Shown here: positions 10,114 to 20,281 of the stretch, piece by piece
How positions within the stretch are numbered: the stretch's first letter is position 1
Layout of the letters: each line of letters starts with the position of its first letter
Assembly (NCBI GenBank): GCA_039802605.1
Contig: JBDRWW010000003.1
Location: forward strand, 86,444 to 150,443
Direction of reading: 5' to 3'
DNA from: a candidate division WOR-3 bacterium
Lineage (GTDB): Bacteria > Hydrothermota > Hydrothermia > LBFQ01
Length of the DNA stretch: 64,000 bases
Notes under the pieces: model-generated
Databases searched by the model: none
Seen by the model: the letters and a program-made list of their open reading frames with translations, nothing else
What the model was told of the DNA's origin: nothing
Translations under genes and position numbers: made by a program

Positions 10114-10993
10114 CCCTTATCACCCTCCCGTTTTCTTCAAGGTTTTTTGTAAGGTATTTTGGCAATTTAAACATCGCGTAATGAATATCGGGGGTGTAGA
10201 ATTTTAGATCATTTTCAAAGCCCGAAATCTTTGAAATTATATCCTCACGATTAACGCTTTCGGGGTCTATTCCCTTTGTTGCTATTGTAAACGCCCAATC
10301 CAACTGGAATGAAAACATATAAGCGTGATAAACCTTAACCAAGGGGAAAACCTCCTTTAAGGTTTTATAAACGCTTGAAACAAAACCCGCAAAGTATATA
10401 TCCGCACTTGCGGATTGAACTACAAGGATACCGTTATCCGTTAATTTTTCATATACGGTTTCGTAAAACTCCTTTGTAAATAGCATTACAGAGGGTCCCC
10501 CTTCTATCGGTTCGGTTAAATCGCTTATTATTACATCAAACTTTTCATCCGTTTCTTCAACATACTTCCTCGCATCTGTGAATACCAATTTTGCCCTATC
10601 GTCATAAAAGGCCCCCCTATGCCATTCCGGCATATAGGCTTCGCACAATTTCACGAGTTGCTCGTCTATATCCACCATAACCGCCCTTTCAACCGGATAC
10701 CTCAAAACCTCTCTAAGGGTAGCCCCCTCACCGCCACCCATTATTAAAACTTTCTTGGGATTTGGATGCGATACCATTGCGGGATGGACAAGGGCTTCGT
10801 GGAATACCGCTTCGTCTATCTCCGCGGATTGTATCTTATTGTCAAGAAATAGGGTTTTGCCCATTGCTTCAAGTTCCACAAGACTAACCTTTTGATAGGG
10901 TGTCCTACCGTGATATATATGGTTTTTAATCCTATAAAGGAACAAAATGTGATCCGTATGTTTTTCTATAAACCAATTCCCCTCAATTACCAT
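10085..10993 (-). CDS. speE: Polyamine aminopropyltransferase (GGGEG type; agmatine/long-chain polyamine)
   Basis: TPYQKV, HEALVHPAM, GGGEGATLRE, DVIISDLTEP. Confidence 0.9.
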   Translation of the reverse strand: MVIEGNWFIEKHTDHILFLYRIKNHIYHGRTPYQKVSLVELEAMGKTLFLDNKIQSAEIDEAVFHEALVHPAMVSHPNPKKVLIMGGGEGATLREVLRYPVERAVMVDIDEQLVKLCEAYMPEWHRGAFYDDRAKLVFTDARKYVEETDEKFDVIISDLTEPIEGGPSVMLFTKEFYETVYEKLTDNGILVVQSASADIYFAGFVSSVYKTLKEVFPLVKVYHAYMFSFQLDWAFTIATKGIDPESVNREDIISKISGFENDLKFYTPDIHYAMFKLPKYLTKNLEENGRVIRDEQPEIWKS

Positions 10994-11040
10994 AAGCGGG
11001 GATTGTAAGGGGGAACACCTTTAAAATAACCAACCTCGCA

Positions 11041-12138
11041 ATGAGGCCAAGAGTTTATATTACTATTTTGGCATTGATATGGCTTGTTCTCTGCGGTTTG
11101 CTTTTGCAGTGGAGCGTTATAATGTACAAATCCGTAGTTTATGGGATTTCACCCGCATCTTTTATTATAAACACCGTTATTAGGCTTTTTGTGGGGATAG
11201 TGGCGTTTATACTCGGTATGATACTTTTTAAAAGGAGAATTGAAAGGTATGCGGATGTTATACTGTGGGCATCGGTGGGGTTGTTGGTTATAACATTGGT
11301 TTTCGGTAAAACTTTTGGGGGGGCTACGAGGTGGATAAGCATACTCGGCTTTTCCTTTCAGCCTTCGGAGTTTGTAAAATACGCTTTAATAATTTATATG
11401 GGTAAGGTTTTTGCATACGAAAGCGATAAGAGGATTTATAGGGTGTTTTGGAAACTGCTTTTTATATCCTCCGTAATTGCGGTATTGGTTGCTTTACAGC
11501 CCAACATTTCCACGGCTTCCGTTTTGCTGTTTTCAGTAATAGTCGTTTTGATATTATGGGGGGCCAAACCCTTACAAATAATAACCTCGTTTTTATTGTT
11601 TTTGATTTTAGCCATGGTGTCGTATAACACCTTTCCCCATGTTAGGGATCGTATAAACATATTTCTGGGTAAGGAAGAGAGCGGTATAAGAAAGGCTCAG
11701 GTGGTGCAGGCAAAGGTTGCGCTGGTATCGGGGGGTGTATTTGGGAGGGGTCCGGGAAAGGGATTACAAAAGCTCGGGTATTTACCATCTTCGGATAAGG
11801 ATTTCGCATACTCTTACATCTCGGAAGAATACGGTCTATTGGGTTTTCCGGCCGGTGGTTTTTGGATAATCCTTATGATAATCCTTATAACTTGGAACGG
11901 TGTATGGGCATCGGATAAATTGGCTTTACAAGATGAATACAAATCCTTTGTTTGCTTTGGATTTTCCGTAATTTACTTTATTTTTTCGGCCGTGCATATT
12001 TTGGTTAATATAGGCTTTTTACCTCCAACGGGATTGACCCTACCCTTTGTAAGTTATGGGGGCTCTTCCTTGATGGCGAATGCTTTTGCAATGGGATATA
12101 TTACGAGGGCTATAATTGAGGGTTATAAGGGGTTTTAG
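11041..12138 (+). CDS. ftsW: SEDS family peptidoglycan glycosyltransferase (FtsW/RodA)
   Basis: GATRWI, QPSEFVK, SGGVFGRG, EEYG, PPTGLTLPFVSYGGSS. Confidence 0.85.
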   Translation: MRPRVYITILALIWLVLCGLLLQWSVIMYKSVVYGISPASFIINTVIRLFVGIVAFILGMILFKRRIERYADVILWASVGLLVITLVFGKTFGGATRWISILGFSFQPSEFVKYALIIYMGKVFAYESDKRIYRVFWKLLFISSVIAVLVALQPNISTASVLLFSVIVVLILWGAKPLQIITSFLLFLILAMVSYNTFPHVRDRINIFLGKEESGIRKAQVVQAKVALVSGGVFGRGPGKGLQKLGYLPSSDKDFAYSYISEEYGLLGFPAGGFWIILMIILITWNGVWASDKLALQDEYKSFVCFGFSVIYFIFSAVHILVNIGFLPPTGLTLPFVSYGGSSLMANAFAMGYITRAIIEGYKGF

Positions 12139-12140
12139 TT

Positions 12141-12728
12141 ATGGAGGGCTTTATTCAATCCTCTATAGTGCTCTTTGTCGCCATAGACCCTTTGGGGATT
12201 GTGCCAACATTTATATCATTAACGGAGGGAATTCCGGAAAATGAAAAGAGGAAAATAGCAATATATTCTTCGGTTTATGCATTCTTTGTCGCCCTGTTAT
12301 TTATATTTTTGAGCAAGTGGGTTTTTGAATATTTCGGCATAAACCTATCACATTTCAAGATTGCGGGAGGTTTAATTTTACTAATACTTTCCATCAGGGA
12401 ATTGCTTATATACGGAGAATATTACAAGAGAAGGACCGATGGGTTGGGCGTTGTTCCCATAGGGATCCCTCTAATAGTTGGGCCTGCAACCCTAACGGCC
12501 GGTATAACCCTTGCCTCCGGTTTCGGATATGCGATTACATTCATATCTTTGGCTTTAAACATCGTATTGACGGCAATTGCCCTTATATTTTCCGCAAAGA
12601 TTTCGGCCCTTATAGGCAAAGGGGGAATTACAGCCCTTTCAAAGATCTTCATGCTTATACTCTCCTCTATTGCGGTTAAGATGATATTGGAGGGCATTGA
12701 AGAATTAATAAAAGTCATTCGGATTTAG
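12141..12728 (+). CDS. MarC family membrane protein
   Basis: LFVAIDPLG, FKIAGGLIL, VVPIGIPLIVGP. Confidence 0.9.
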   Translation: MEGFIQSSIVLFVAIDPLGIVPTFISLTEGIPENEKRKIAIYSSVYAFFVALLFIFLSKWVFEYFGINLSHFKIAGGLILLILSIRELLIYGEYYKRRTDGLGVVPIGIPLIVGPATLTAGITLASGFGYAITFISLALNIVLTAIALIFSAKISALIGKGGITALSKIFMLILSSIAVKMILEGIEELIKVIRI

Positions 12729-12738
12729 AATTTGAGCG

Positions 12739-15222
12739 ATGAGTTGGATGACCATATATTCGCAGGGTTTTGAGGGAGGTTTTCCCGTTGATTGGTATAT
12801 TGGAAACGGTGGTAGCACCATTACATGGGAAGTTGTAATTTATGGTTCAAACCCCTTTGAACCCCCCGGATTCGGAGATTATTACGCAATATGCAATGCC
12901 AATTCCGGCATTTATCCCTTCTTTGATACCCTTTTTTCTCCAAAGGTTTATACTTCCGGTTCGTACGATAGTTTAAAGATTGAATACAATTACGCCTTTA
13001 AGAAATACGGTTCAACGGACCTTGGAAAGGTAATACTCAGATACTTTGATGGCACATCTTGGTCCCCTTGGATTGATGAAAAAATCTACACATCTACCCA
13101 AAAAGGAAAAGATAGTATAAAACTTCCCCCTTACGATAGCATCCAGGTGGCTTTTGTTTATATAAGCAATGAATGGTCTTTCTGGTTTTCTTTGGATGAC
13201 TTTTCCGTTAAAGGCGGTAAAACTTACGATTACGATATATCCGCCCTTGGCATCGTAGAACCCCAAAATAGGGGGATATACTTTAAGGGTAATATAATAT
13301 ACCCTTGGGTTGTCATAAGAAACCTCGGTTTAAACGATGTTGGTACTTGGATTATTTTAAAGTTTTACTTGGGTTCGGATTTAGTTTACGCCGACTCAAC
13401 ATATACCATATCTTATTCGGGAAATACGGACACCCTGAGTATGGGAATGTATTATGCGGATACGGTTGGAGAATTCAGGGCGGTTTTGAGGGTCAATCCA
13501 TTAATGGACAGTTTGGACGAAAACGATTCCCTTTCAATCACATTTAAAGTTATGCCAAGGCCCGTAAAGGATATAACCGTTCGCTTTTCCAATAATGCGC
13601 CTTTAATTGATGGTAATTTTAGTACCTACGAATGGGCGGATGCAATAAGCGTTGATATATCAAATTATGCGGGTAAGGGTTCATCCCCAACGGACACCGC
13701 CACATCAAAGGCTTATGTAAAGCACGACGGGAGTTTTGTTTATATGGCGATTCAAACCCCGGATACGATATACAACCCCTTGGATGTTTTAAACATAGTT
13801 ATTAACGATAATGCGAATTCCTCTTGGGATAACGGGGAGGGCGAAAACGCCTTATACCCCTCGCCGGGGATGTGGTGGGCCACGAGGAGGATATACGGTT
13901 CTTCCTTTGGGAATTGGATATATCCTAGGAGGGATAGGAACACATTCTTTGCTTATGGCAGGGGTATCGTTGAGGTTAAAATACCCTTTGGTTTGGTTGA
14001 TTTGAAAGGAGATCCTTCCCACATAAAAACCTTCGTGGGTGGGACATTTTACTTGGGTATGTATTACATGGATGGTAGAAATGGGGGGATTTTGGCCTGG
14101 TGGCCCCAGGATGTTGATACAAACCTGTATTACAATGCCGGAGGCCTTTATAAATCCCACATAACCCTTGAAAGGCCTTCCGGTTGGAGGGATTTGGGAA
14201 TTGCCGGTTTATTAAGTCCTAAAACCGTGGAAACGGGTTATAGCTGTGAGGTTTCCCATCCCTGCGATATAAGGTTTGTAATATACGACAACAATTCGGA
14301 AATCATACGGCCTTGCACCGTTGGGGTTAAAATCCTTGAATATCCAACCCTAAACCTTATATACTCTTGGGATACGACAATAACGCTTTACTCCTTGGCG
14401 TACGATACGCTCGGCTTTACATGGAATCCATATTCTTCGGGTTATTACAAGGTTATAATAGAATTGTCGGATGACCAATCCCGGAAAAACAACTATTACG
14501 AGGTAATTTTTGGGGTTTCAAGGGTTTTTCTCGCCCCTTATGTTGAAAACTTTGAGGGGGAGTTTTTCTTACCCCTTGGGTGGAATAGGGAAGGGGATGG
14601 ATGGGTTTTGGGAAACAACTTTTTGAACCCCAACATTGCCCCCGCTTATGGCGTTTCCGGATATAAATTTGCGGAATTTACAACATACACCACTTTATCG
14701 GGGGATTCATCCGTATTAATATCACCGAAGATAATATCTCCTCCTGATGCCGTTTTAACATTTTGGTGGTGGAACGGCCCCACATTTTCCGGAAGGGGAA
14801 ATTACGATGTATTAAAGGTTTATTACAAAACGCAGTCAACACCTTGGACACTTTTGGCCTGGTTTTATGGAGATGTTTATAATTGGAGAAACCAAATTGT
14901 ACCATTACCCGTTTTGGCCGGTGATACCATTCAGTTGAAGTTTGTGGCAATAAGCGATTATGGGGATACGGATATTTCCTTGGACGATATAGGGGTTATT
15001 AGAAATCCGCTATATGTTTCGGAAAGCGGCAAGAATTTGCAAGGATTTAAGGTTTTTAAAGGGGGCGTAATGCTTCATAAGGGCGAATATTACGAAATAT
15101 ACGATGCAAGGGGTAGGGTTGTATTTAGGGGTTTTGTGGAAAATGATAGGGTTTTAAGGTTGGCGAAAGGGGCTTATTTTGTAAAGGTTAGAGGGGGGAT
15201 TTTTAAGGTTCTGATCGGATAA
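12739..15222 (+). CDS. Large extracellular beta-rich protein (MAM/adhesin-like, CARDB and sugar-binding-like domains) with T9SS-type C-terminal domain
   Basis: FEGGFP..W and ENFEG..LP.GW, LDD strands, PLIDG...EW; C-terminus EIYDARGRVV...LAKGAYFVKV...KVLIG. Confidence 0.65.
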   Translation: MSWMTIYSQGFEGGFPVDWYIGNGGSTITWEVVIYGSNPFEPPGFGDYYAICNANSGIYPFFDTLFSPKVYTSGSYDSLKIEYNYAFKKYGSTDLGKVILRYFDGTSWSPWIDEKIYTSTQKGKDSIKLPPYDSIQVAFVYISNEWSFWFSLDDFSVKGGKTYDYDISALGIVEPQNRGIYFKGNIIYPWVVIRNLGLNDVGTWIILKFYLGSDLVYADSTYTISYSGNTDTLSMGMYYADTVGEFRAVLRVNPLMDSLDENDSLSITFKVMPRPVKDITVRFSNNAPLIDGNFSTYEWADAISVDISNYAGKGSSPTDTATSKAYVKHDGSFVYMAIQTPDTIYNPLDVLNIVINDNANSSWDNGEGENALYPSPGMWWATRRIYGSSFGNWIYPRRDRNTFFAYGRGIVEVKIPFGLVDLKGDPSHIKTFVGGTFYLGMYYMDGRNGGILAWWPQDVDTNLYYNAGGLYKSHITLERPSGWRDLGIAGLLSPKTVETGYSCEVSHPCDIRFVIYDNNSEIIRPCTVGVKILEYPTLNLIYSWDTTITLYSLAYDTLGFTWNPYSSGYYKVIIELSDDQSRKNNYYEVIFGVSRVFLAPYVENFEGEFFLPLGWNREGDGWVLGNNFLNPNIAPAYGVSGYKFAEFTTYTTLSGDSSVLISPKIISPPDAVLTFWWWNGPTFSGRGNYDVLKVYYKTQSTPWTLLAWFYGDVYNWRNQIVPLPVLAGDTIQLKFVAISDYGDTDISLDDIGVIRNPLYVSESGKNLQGFKVFKGGVMLHKGEYYEIYDARGRVVFRGFVENDRVLRLAKGAYFVKVRGGIFKVLIG

Positions 15223-15250
15223 ACCTTACCCCCTTATAATATTATCTTGC

Positions 15251-15323
15251 GGGGCCGTAGCTCAACCGGCAGAGCAGCGGACTCATAATCCGTGGGTTGG
15301 GGGTTCGAGTCCCTCCGGCCCCA
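15251..15323 (+). tRNA. tRNA with CAT anticodon, non-initiator (Ile2-lysidine or elongator Met), CCA not encoded
   Basis: GGGGCCG/CGGCCCC stem with 1-72 paired; anticodon arm GCGGA-CTCATAA-TCCGT; TATAAT at 15235-15240. Confidence 0.92.
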
Positions 15324-15328
15324 TTTTT

Positions 15329-16498
15329 TTATTTCCATTCCGCAACGAATATGTTAAACTCCCTGCGGTTTTTTGCACCCCTGTTTGATGTCCATACGAC
15401 CTTCTTTCCGTCTTTGCTGAACATTGGGAATGCATTAAACCCCTCTGAAAATGTTATCCTTTCAAGGTTTCTACCGTCAACATCAACTTTATAAAGCTCA
15501 AAACTAAAACTCCCGGGCTTGTGTAAGTTTGATGAGAAAATTATAAACTTTTCGGATGGGTGGAAATATGGGGCAAAGTTTGAAACGCCCTTTGGGGAAT
15601 GCGTTAGTTGGGTAAATTTTTTCGTTTTCGTATCGTATAAAAACAGTTCAACATCTTGGGGTTTTACGAGGTCCTTGGAGAGTAATTCTTTAAATTCCTT
15701 TATTTCCGAAGTATCCTTTAAGTGGCGCGCCCTAAATACGATATACCTACCCGAAGGGCTAAACATGGCTCCCCCATCGTATCCCGGAAAATCCGTAATC
15801 CTTTGTATTTCCCTTGTCCTTATGTTTATCGTGTATAACTCCAAGTCCCCATCCTTTGAGGATGTAAAAACAACAACATCCCCGTAATTCCCTTCACCCT
15901 CGGCATCGTATCCATTTGATGAGAACAGCGGATATATGCTATCCCTTTTCAAGTCGTAAATGTAAAGGTCGTAATTAAACAGCCTCCAAACATAGACCCC
16001 TTTCCTCAAATATTCATTTGCATATGGATTTGTAGGGCATTCCAAACCTTGGGAAAATGTACTTGAAAACAGTACGGAATCCGGACTTATAAACCAACCG
16101 CATGTATTTGCACCACCCGGAGAAATCCTCTTTATCGGAAAACCGAATGTATCCATAACAAAAATCTGATCGCACTCAAACCTCCCTTTAACAAAGGAAT
16201 TGAAATACAAGCCTTTAAAATCCGCCGTGTCGTATATTTCGGGGATAAAGAACATCCAACCTTCCGAATGTTTTACTTTAAAGTATTTTAGTTTTTTGGA
16301 TTTTATGAGACTTTCAAGTTTCCTCGGTTCTTTTGTTAAAAGATATACCCCACCTTCTCCCTTTGTTTGAAAAACGATCCTTTCCCCATCGGGTGAGAAA
16401 TATGCTTCGGCGTTTTCCCCGACAAAGGTCAGTTGTTTTATATTCTTCAAAAACCTTTCCTCGCCTTTAAATAGCAATTGGGATACTATGAGAACCAT
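15329..16498 (-). CDS. TolB-like PD40 beta-propeller protein
   Basis: ENAEAYFSPDG, GYDAE, GYDGGAMFSPSG, NFAPYFHP, FPMFSKDGKK. Confidence 0.85.
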   Translation of the reverse strand: MVLIVSQLLFKGEERFLKNIKQLTFVGENAEAYFSPDGERIVFQTKGEGGVYLLTKEPRKLESLIKSKKLKYFKVKHSEGWMFFIPEIYDTADFKGLYFNSFVKGRFECDQIFVMDTFGFPIKRISPGGANTCGWFISPDSVLFSSTFSQGLECPTNPYANEYLRKGVYVWRLFNYDLYIYDLKRDSIYPLFSSNGYDAEGEGNYGDVVVFTSSKDGDLELYTINIRTREIQRITDFPGYDGGAMFSPSGRYIVFRARHLKDTSEIKEFKELLSKDLVKPQDVELFLYDTKTKKFTQLTHSPKGVSNFAPYFHPSEKFIIFSSNLHKPGSFSFELYKVDVDGRNLERITFSEGFNAFPMFSKDGKKVVWTSNRGAKNRREFNIFVAEWK

Positions 16499-16541
16499 AG
16501 GCGTTTATTCTACCCTTGTTAATCGTCCTTAAAATTATCAC

Positions 16542-17414
16542 TTGGTTGATACCCTTACAACCTTTTTGGCCGCTAACATTACATCCTTTGGAACATTTAA
16601 GGCTTTTTGGTCGGAAGGTGGAAAAATCTATGAGGATAACAATGTGTTTTTCAACTTCGTTTTTCTTGATGCGGTTTATGATTTCCGGGAAAAATACCCA
16701 AAAATAAAAGCCTTATCGGATAGCATTTTAAAATGGACATTAAAGTATAGACCAAAGGGGGATATGTGGGTTTATTGGGTGGATAGGGAAATATATCCCG
16801 ATTTTGATGATATTAGCCTTGGTTCTTTGGTTCTGGAAAAATACGGTTTTAAACCCTCACCCAATGTTAGGGATACAATTGATAAATACCGTACAAAAAC
16901 CTGCGTTTTCCTTTTCAAGGCCCCCTATGATGTAAAAAATAAAAGGTGTGATTGTATAGTTAATATAAACGCTTTCAGGTATTTAAAGGATAAGTCCATT
17001 TGCGAATATTTAAGTAGGTGCTGGGGAAAAATTGACAAACTGGCCTCTTACACCTACGAATACGCCGGATATTTCTTTTACTACTTCTATTCAAAGGCTT
17101 TAAAAGGGGGTTTATCGTGCAACTTTGATATTAAAGAGAGAATTCTCTCCGAGCTAAAAAGCGATACATTAAGGGGTTTGCCTTTAATACTTGTATTTAC
17201 ATCGGCTAGTATTTTGGGAATAAGGGATTCCTTGGTTGATAAGGCTTATGAAAAAATTTCCTCAACCCTTATGCGTGATGGGGGATTACCGGAATACAAG
17301 TATTTTTACATATACAATCCCCAAGGAGACAATTTATATTCCTTTTTCGGCAGAACATTTCCAACTATCATATTCCTTGAAGGGGTTTTGCATTATGTTG
17401 GGGGAAATAATTGA
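16542..17414 (+). CDS. Hypothetical protein, possible alpha/alpha-barrel (prenyltransferase/terpene-cyclase-like)
   Basis: 290-aa ORF, TTG start 6 nt after TAAAAT; YPDFDDIS and DCIVNINAFRYL motifs. Confidence 0.45.
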   Translation: MVDTLTTFLAANITSFGTFKAFWSEGGKIYEDNNVFFNFVFLDAVYDFREKYPKIKALSDSILKWTLKYRPKGDMWVYWVDREIYPDFDDISLGSLVLEKYGFKPSPNVRDTIDKYRTKTCVFLFKAPYDVKNKRCDCIVNINAFRYLKDKSICEYLSRCWGKIDKLASYTYEYAGYFFYYFYSKALKGGLSCNFDIKERILSELKSDTLRGLPLILVFTSASILGIRDSLVDKAYEKISSTLMRDGGLPEYKYFYIYNPQGDNLYSFFGRTFPTIIFLEGVLHYVGGNN

Positions 17415-18015
17415 ATTTTTGTTTCCACCCCTGTGTTATGCGTGCACGAAGGTATTATCCGAGGATTTCTTGTGTGAAGATTGCTGGAAGGATATAATGG
17501 AAAATATCGCCTTTGAAAGCGGATATTACTACGGTTTTAAGGTTTATTCCCTATTTTTTTACAACGGTAGGGTTAAGGATGTGGTTCAAAATTTTAAGTA
17601 TGTTGGTTTTAAAAAGATCGCAAATAGGTTTTCCAAACATTTGGCGGAAATGGTCATAGGTGAGGAAATAGATGTAATAGTGCCGATACCTTTGCACCCC
17701 GCAAGGGTTAGGGAAAGGGGGTTTAGCCAGACTTTTGAGCTGGCAAAAGTGCTCTCAAAAGAGCTAAAAAAGCCCTTAAAAGAATACATTTTCAGGCATT
17801 CTTATCGTAAGGCTCAGGCAAATATATCTTCAAGGGATGATAGGATGAGAAATGTGAAGGGGGTTTTTTCCTATTTTGTAAGGATTAACAAAGAAAGGGT
17901 TTTATTGGTTGACGATGTTATAACAACTGGATACACCTTTTACGAGGCCGCAAGGACGCTTATAGAAGCTGGTGCAAGAGATGTAATAGGTATAACCCTT
18001 GCAAAGGGGGGATAA
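17395..18015 (+). CDS. comF: ComF family amidophosphoribosyltransferase-like protein
   Basis: LFPPLCYAC...CEDC, PIPLH..R.RERGFSQ, LLVDDVITTG; start corrected to ATG 17395. Confidence 0.88.
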   Translation: MLGEIIEFLFPPLCYACTKVLSEDFLCEDCWKDIMENIAFESGYYYGFKVYSLFFYNGRVKDVVQNFKYVGFKKIANRFSKHLAEMVIGEEIDVIVPIPLHPARVRERGFSQTFELAKVLSKELKKPLKEYIFRHSYRKAQANISSRDDRMRNVKGVFSYFVRINKERVLLVDDVITTGYTFYEAARTLIEAGARDVIGITLAKGG

Positions 18016-19583
18016 TGATAAAAATATTAAGGGTTAAGGATTTTTTGCTTTTTGATAAGGCAACCCTTGAATTTGATAATGGGTTTAATGTTATAACCGG
18101 CGAAACCGGGGCTGGAAAATCTTTAATAATAGACGCCTTAAATTTACTTATATCCCCAAGGGTTGATTGGGATACTTTAACAAAAAATTCCACGATTGAG
18201 GCCGTAATAGAACCCGATGGGGAAATTTTAGAAATTCTTGAAGATTTGGGGGTTGAATTGGAAAATGATGGGGTAATTATAAGAAAGGGCTTTGATGTAA
18301 AAAACAAAAAAACTAAGTCCTATATAAACGACACCCTCGTCTCTTCAAGAAAGATTGGTGAAATCTTGCAGCCCAAAATATTCATAGGTAAGCAGTTTTC
18401 ACATATGGAAATTTTGGACGAAAAATACCAGACATCGGTTTTTGATAAGGCGGTAGGCATCAAAATTGACGAATACTTAAAGTTTTATACGGATTACAAG
18501 AAAAAAATAACCGATTACGAGAGGATAAAATTGGAATACGAAGGGTTAAAATCTAAGGAGGAGTTTATAAGGTTTCAAATAAAGGAACTTGAAGGTATAG
18601 ATTTTAGCATTGGTGAAGGGGATTTACTGAAAAGGAAAAGGGAATTGGAAGACAGGGTTAAAGAACAGGAATGGGCGAAAGTGTTCGGCGATGTTTATGA
18701 GGATATATACGAAAAGATTTCGCGGATTTTAAAAACCTCACCCGATAAGTTCAAACCCATATTTGAGGAAATTTTGGAAAGGTTGAACGACATAAAGTCT
18801 TATTTGGAATTTCCCGAAGAGGATCTTATATCCGAAATTGACGAAATAAACTCCAAACTCTTTACGATAAATAGGTTAAAGTTAAAGTACGGAGTGGATT
18901 TTGAGGGTTTGAAGGGTATAAGGGATGAGCTTTTGCAAAAGCTGGAAAGGTTAAAGGTTTTGGAAGGGGAATTGGAAAACCTTGGGGTAGAAATTGAAAG
19001 GGTTGAAAAAATTTTAAGGGTGGAGGCTGAAAAGTTAAACGAAGAAAGGGTAAAAAAGAAAAAAAACTTTGAAAGGGATGTTGAGAGCCTGTTAAAGGAG
19101 TTGGGTTTTGATTATGTGAAATGCGAGGTTGCTTTTAAGGATGGTGAATTTTGGGAGAGGGGGAACAAGGTGGTTAATATTTTAATATCAACGATACCCG
19201 ATATAACACCTTCGCATATTTCAAACCTTTCGGGTGGGGAAATTTCAAGGGTTGCTTTGGTCCTTTCATACCTAGGGGGCTCTAATTATAAAACGCTTAT
19301 ATTTGATGAAATAGACATAGGTGTTAGCCCCAAGGTTGCATTAAAAATAGGGAAAATGTTAAGGAACATTTCGGAAAAAACGCAAGTAATAGCAATAACA
19401 CACCAACCTTTTACGGCCATTTTTGGGCATAAACACTTTGTGGTTGAAAAACCAAAACCCGATAGGGCTATATGTACGGAAGTAAGGGGTGAGAAAAGGA
19501 TTAAAGAATTGGCGAGAATGATGGGTGTTAAAGATGAAGGCGTGGTTTTGGAGGTATTAAACACATATGGGATTCATCCGTAG
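18015..19583 (+). CDS. recN: DNA repair protein RecN
   Basis: ITGETGAGKS, coiled coil, LSGGEISR, IFDEID.G, QVIAITHQP. Confidence 0.92.
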   Translation: MIKILRVKDFLLFDKATLEFDNGFNVITGETGAGKSLIIDALNLLISPRVDWDTLTKNSTIEAVIEPDGEILEILEDLGVELENDGVIIRKGFDVKNKKTKSYINDTLVSSRKIGEILQPKIFIGKQFSHMEILDEKYQTSVFDKAVGIKIDEYLKFYTDYKKKITDYERIKLEYEGLKSKEEFIRFQIKELEGIDFSIGEGDLLKRKRELEDRVKEQEWAKVFGDVYEDIYEKISRILKTSPDKFKPIFEEILERLNDIKSYLEFPEEDLISEIDEINSKLFTINRLKLKYGVDFEGLKGIRDELLQKLERLKVLEGELENLGVEIERVEKILRVEAEKLNEERVKKKKNFERDVESLLKELGFDYVKCEVAFKDGEFWERGNKVVNILISTIPDITPSHISNLSGGEISRVALVLSYLGGSNYKTLIFDEIDIGVSPKVALKIGKMLRNISEKTQVIAITHQPFTAIFGHKHFVVEKPKPDRAICTEVRGEKRIKELARMMGVKDEGVVLEVLNTYGIHP

Positions 19584-20241
19584 AATTTTTGGAAATTATA
19601 TGATTTGGGTTTTGGTGGTTTTAGTGGCTTTAAGTCAAATTTATGCGGTTTTTGTTGTTCCACCGGTAAAATGGTTCGGACCAAATGGGCAAGAACTCGG
19701 TTTTGTTCAAAAGATATTTTATGTCCATGTTCCAAGTTCTTGGGCGGGGTTTTTGGGTATGGTTTTATCCGCTCTTTTTGGATTACTTTACATTTACAAA
19801 AGGGATTTAAAATACGATAGGTTATCCCATTCCTTTATGGAGGTTTCCACCCTGTTTATAACCTTAGGGTTAATCACGGGTTCTTTATGGGCAAAGCCCG
19901 CTTGGGGAACTTTCTGGACTTGGGATCCAAGACTCGTTAGTATGGCCATCTTGTGGTTATTGGCCTTGGGTTATATGTTTTTTAGATCGCTTGTAGATGA
20001 TGAGGATTTGAGGGCGAGGTTTTCGTCAATACTTTCGCTAATAATAGCCATAAACATACCCGTCGTATTTTTATCCATAAGACTTTTCCGCACCCTACAC
20101 CCAGCGGTGTTCAAAGGCCTATCAACTTCCGAAACCTACGGTATGGATACTGAGATATTTGCGGGACTAATGGCTAATCTCTTTACAATAACCCTTTTAA
20201 TGCTTTACCTTTCCTACAAAAGGTACAAAAAGATATATTGA
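19567..20241 (+). CDS. ccmC: Heme exporter / cytochrome c biogenesis protein CcmC
   Basis: IFYVHVP, GSLWAKPAWGTFWTWDPRL (WWD motif), RTLHP. Confidence 0.9.
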   Translation: MGFIRRIFGNYMIWVLVVLVALSQIYAVFVVPPVKWFGPNGQELGFVQKIFYVHVPSSWAGFLGMVLSALFGLLYIYKRDLKYDRLSHSFMEVSTLFITLGLITGSLWAKPAWGTFWTWDPRLVSMAILWLLALGYMFFRSLVDDEDLRARFSSILSLIIAINIPVVFLSIRLFRTLHPAVFKGLSTSETYGMDTEIFAGLMANLFTITLLMLYLSYKRYKKIY

Positions 20242-20281
20242 TGCGAAAGAGCCTGGTGAAAACCTTTTTCAATATAAACCC

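Noticed and set aside
15251..15323. Initiator tRNA-fMet
   Set aside because: Positions 1-72 are paired and the anticodon stem lacks three consecutive G-C pairs.
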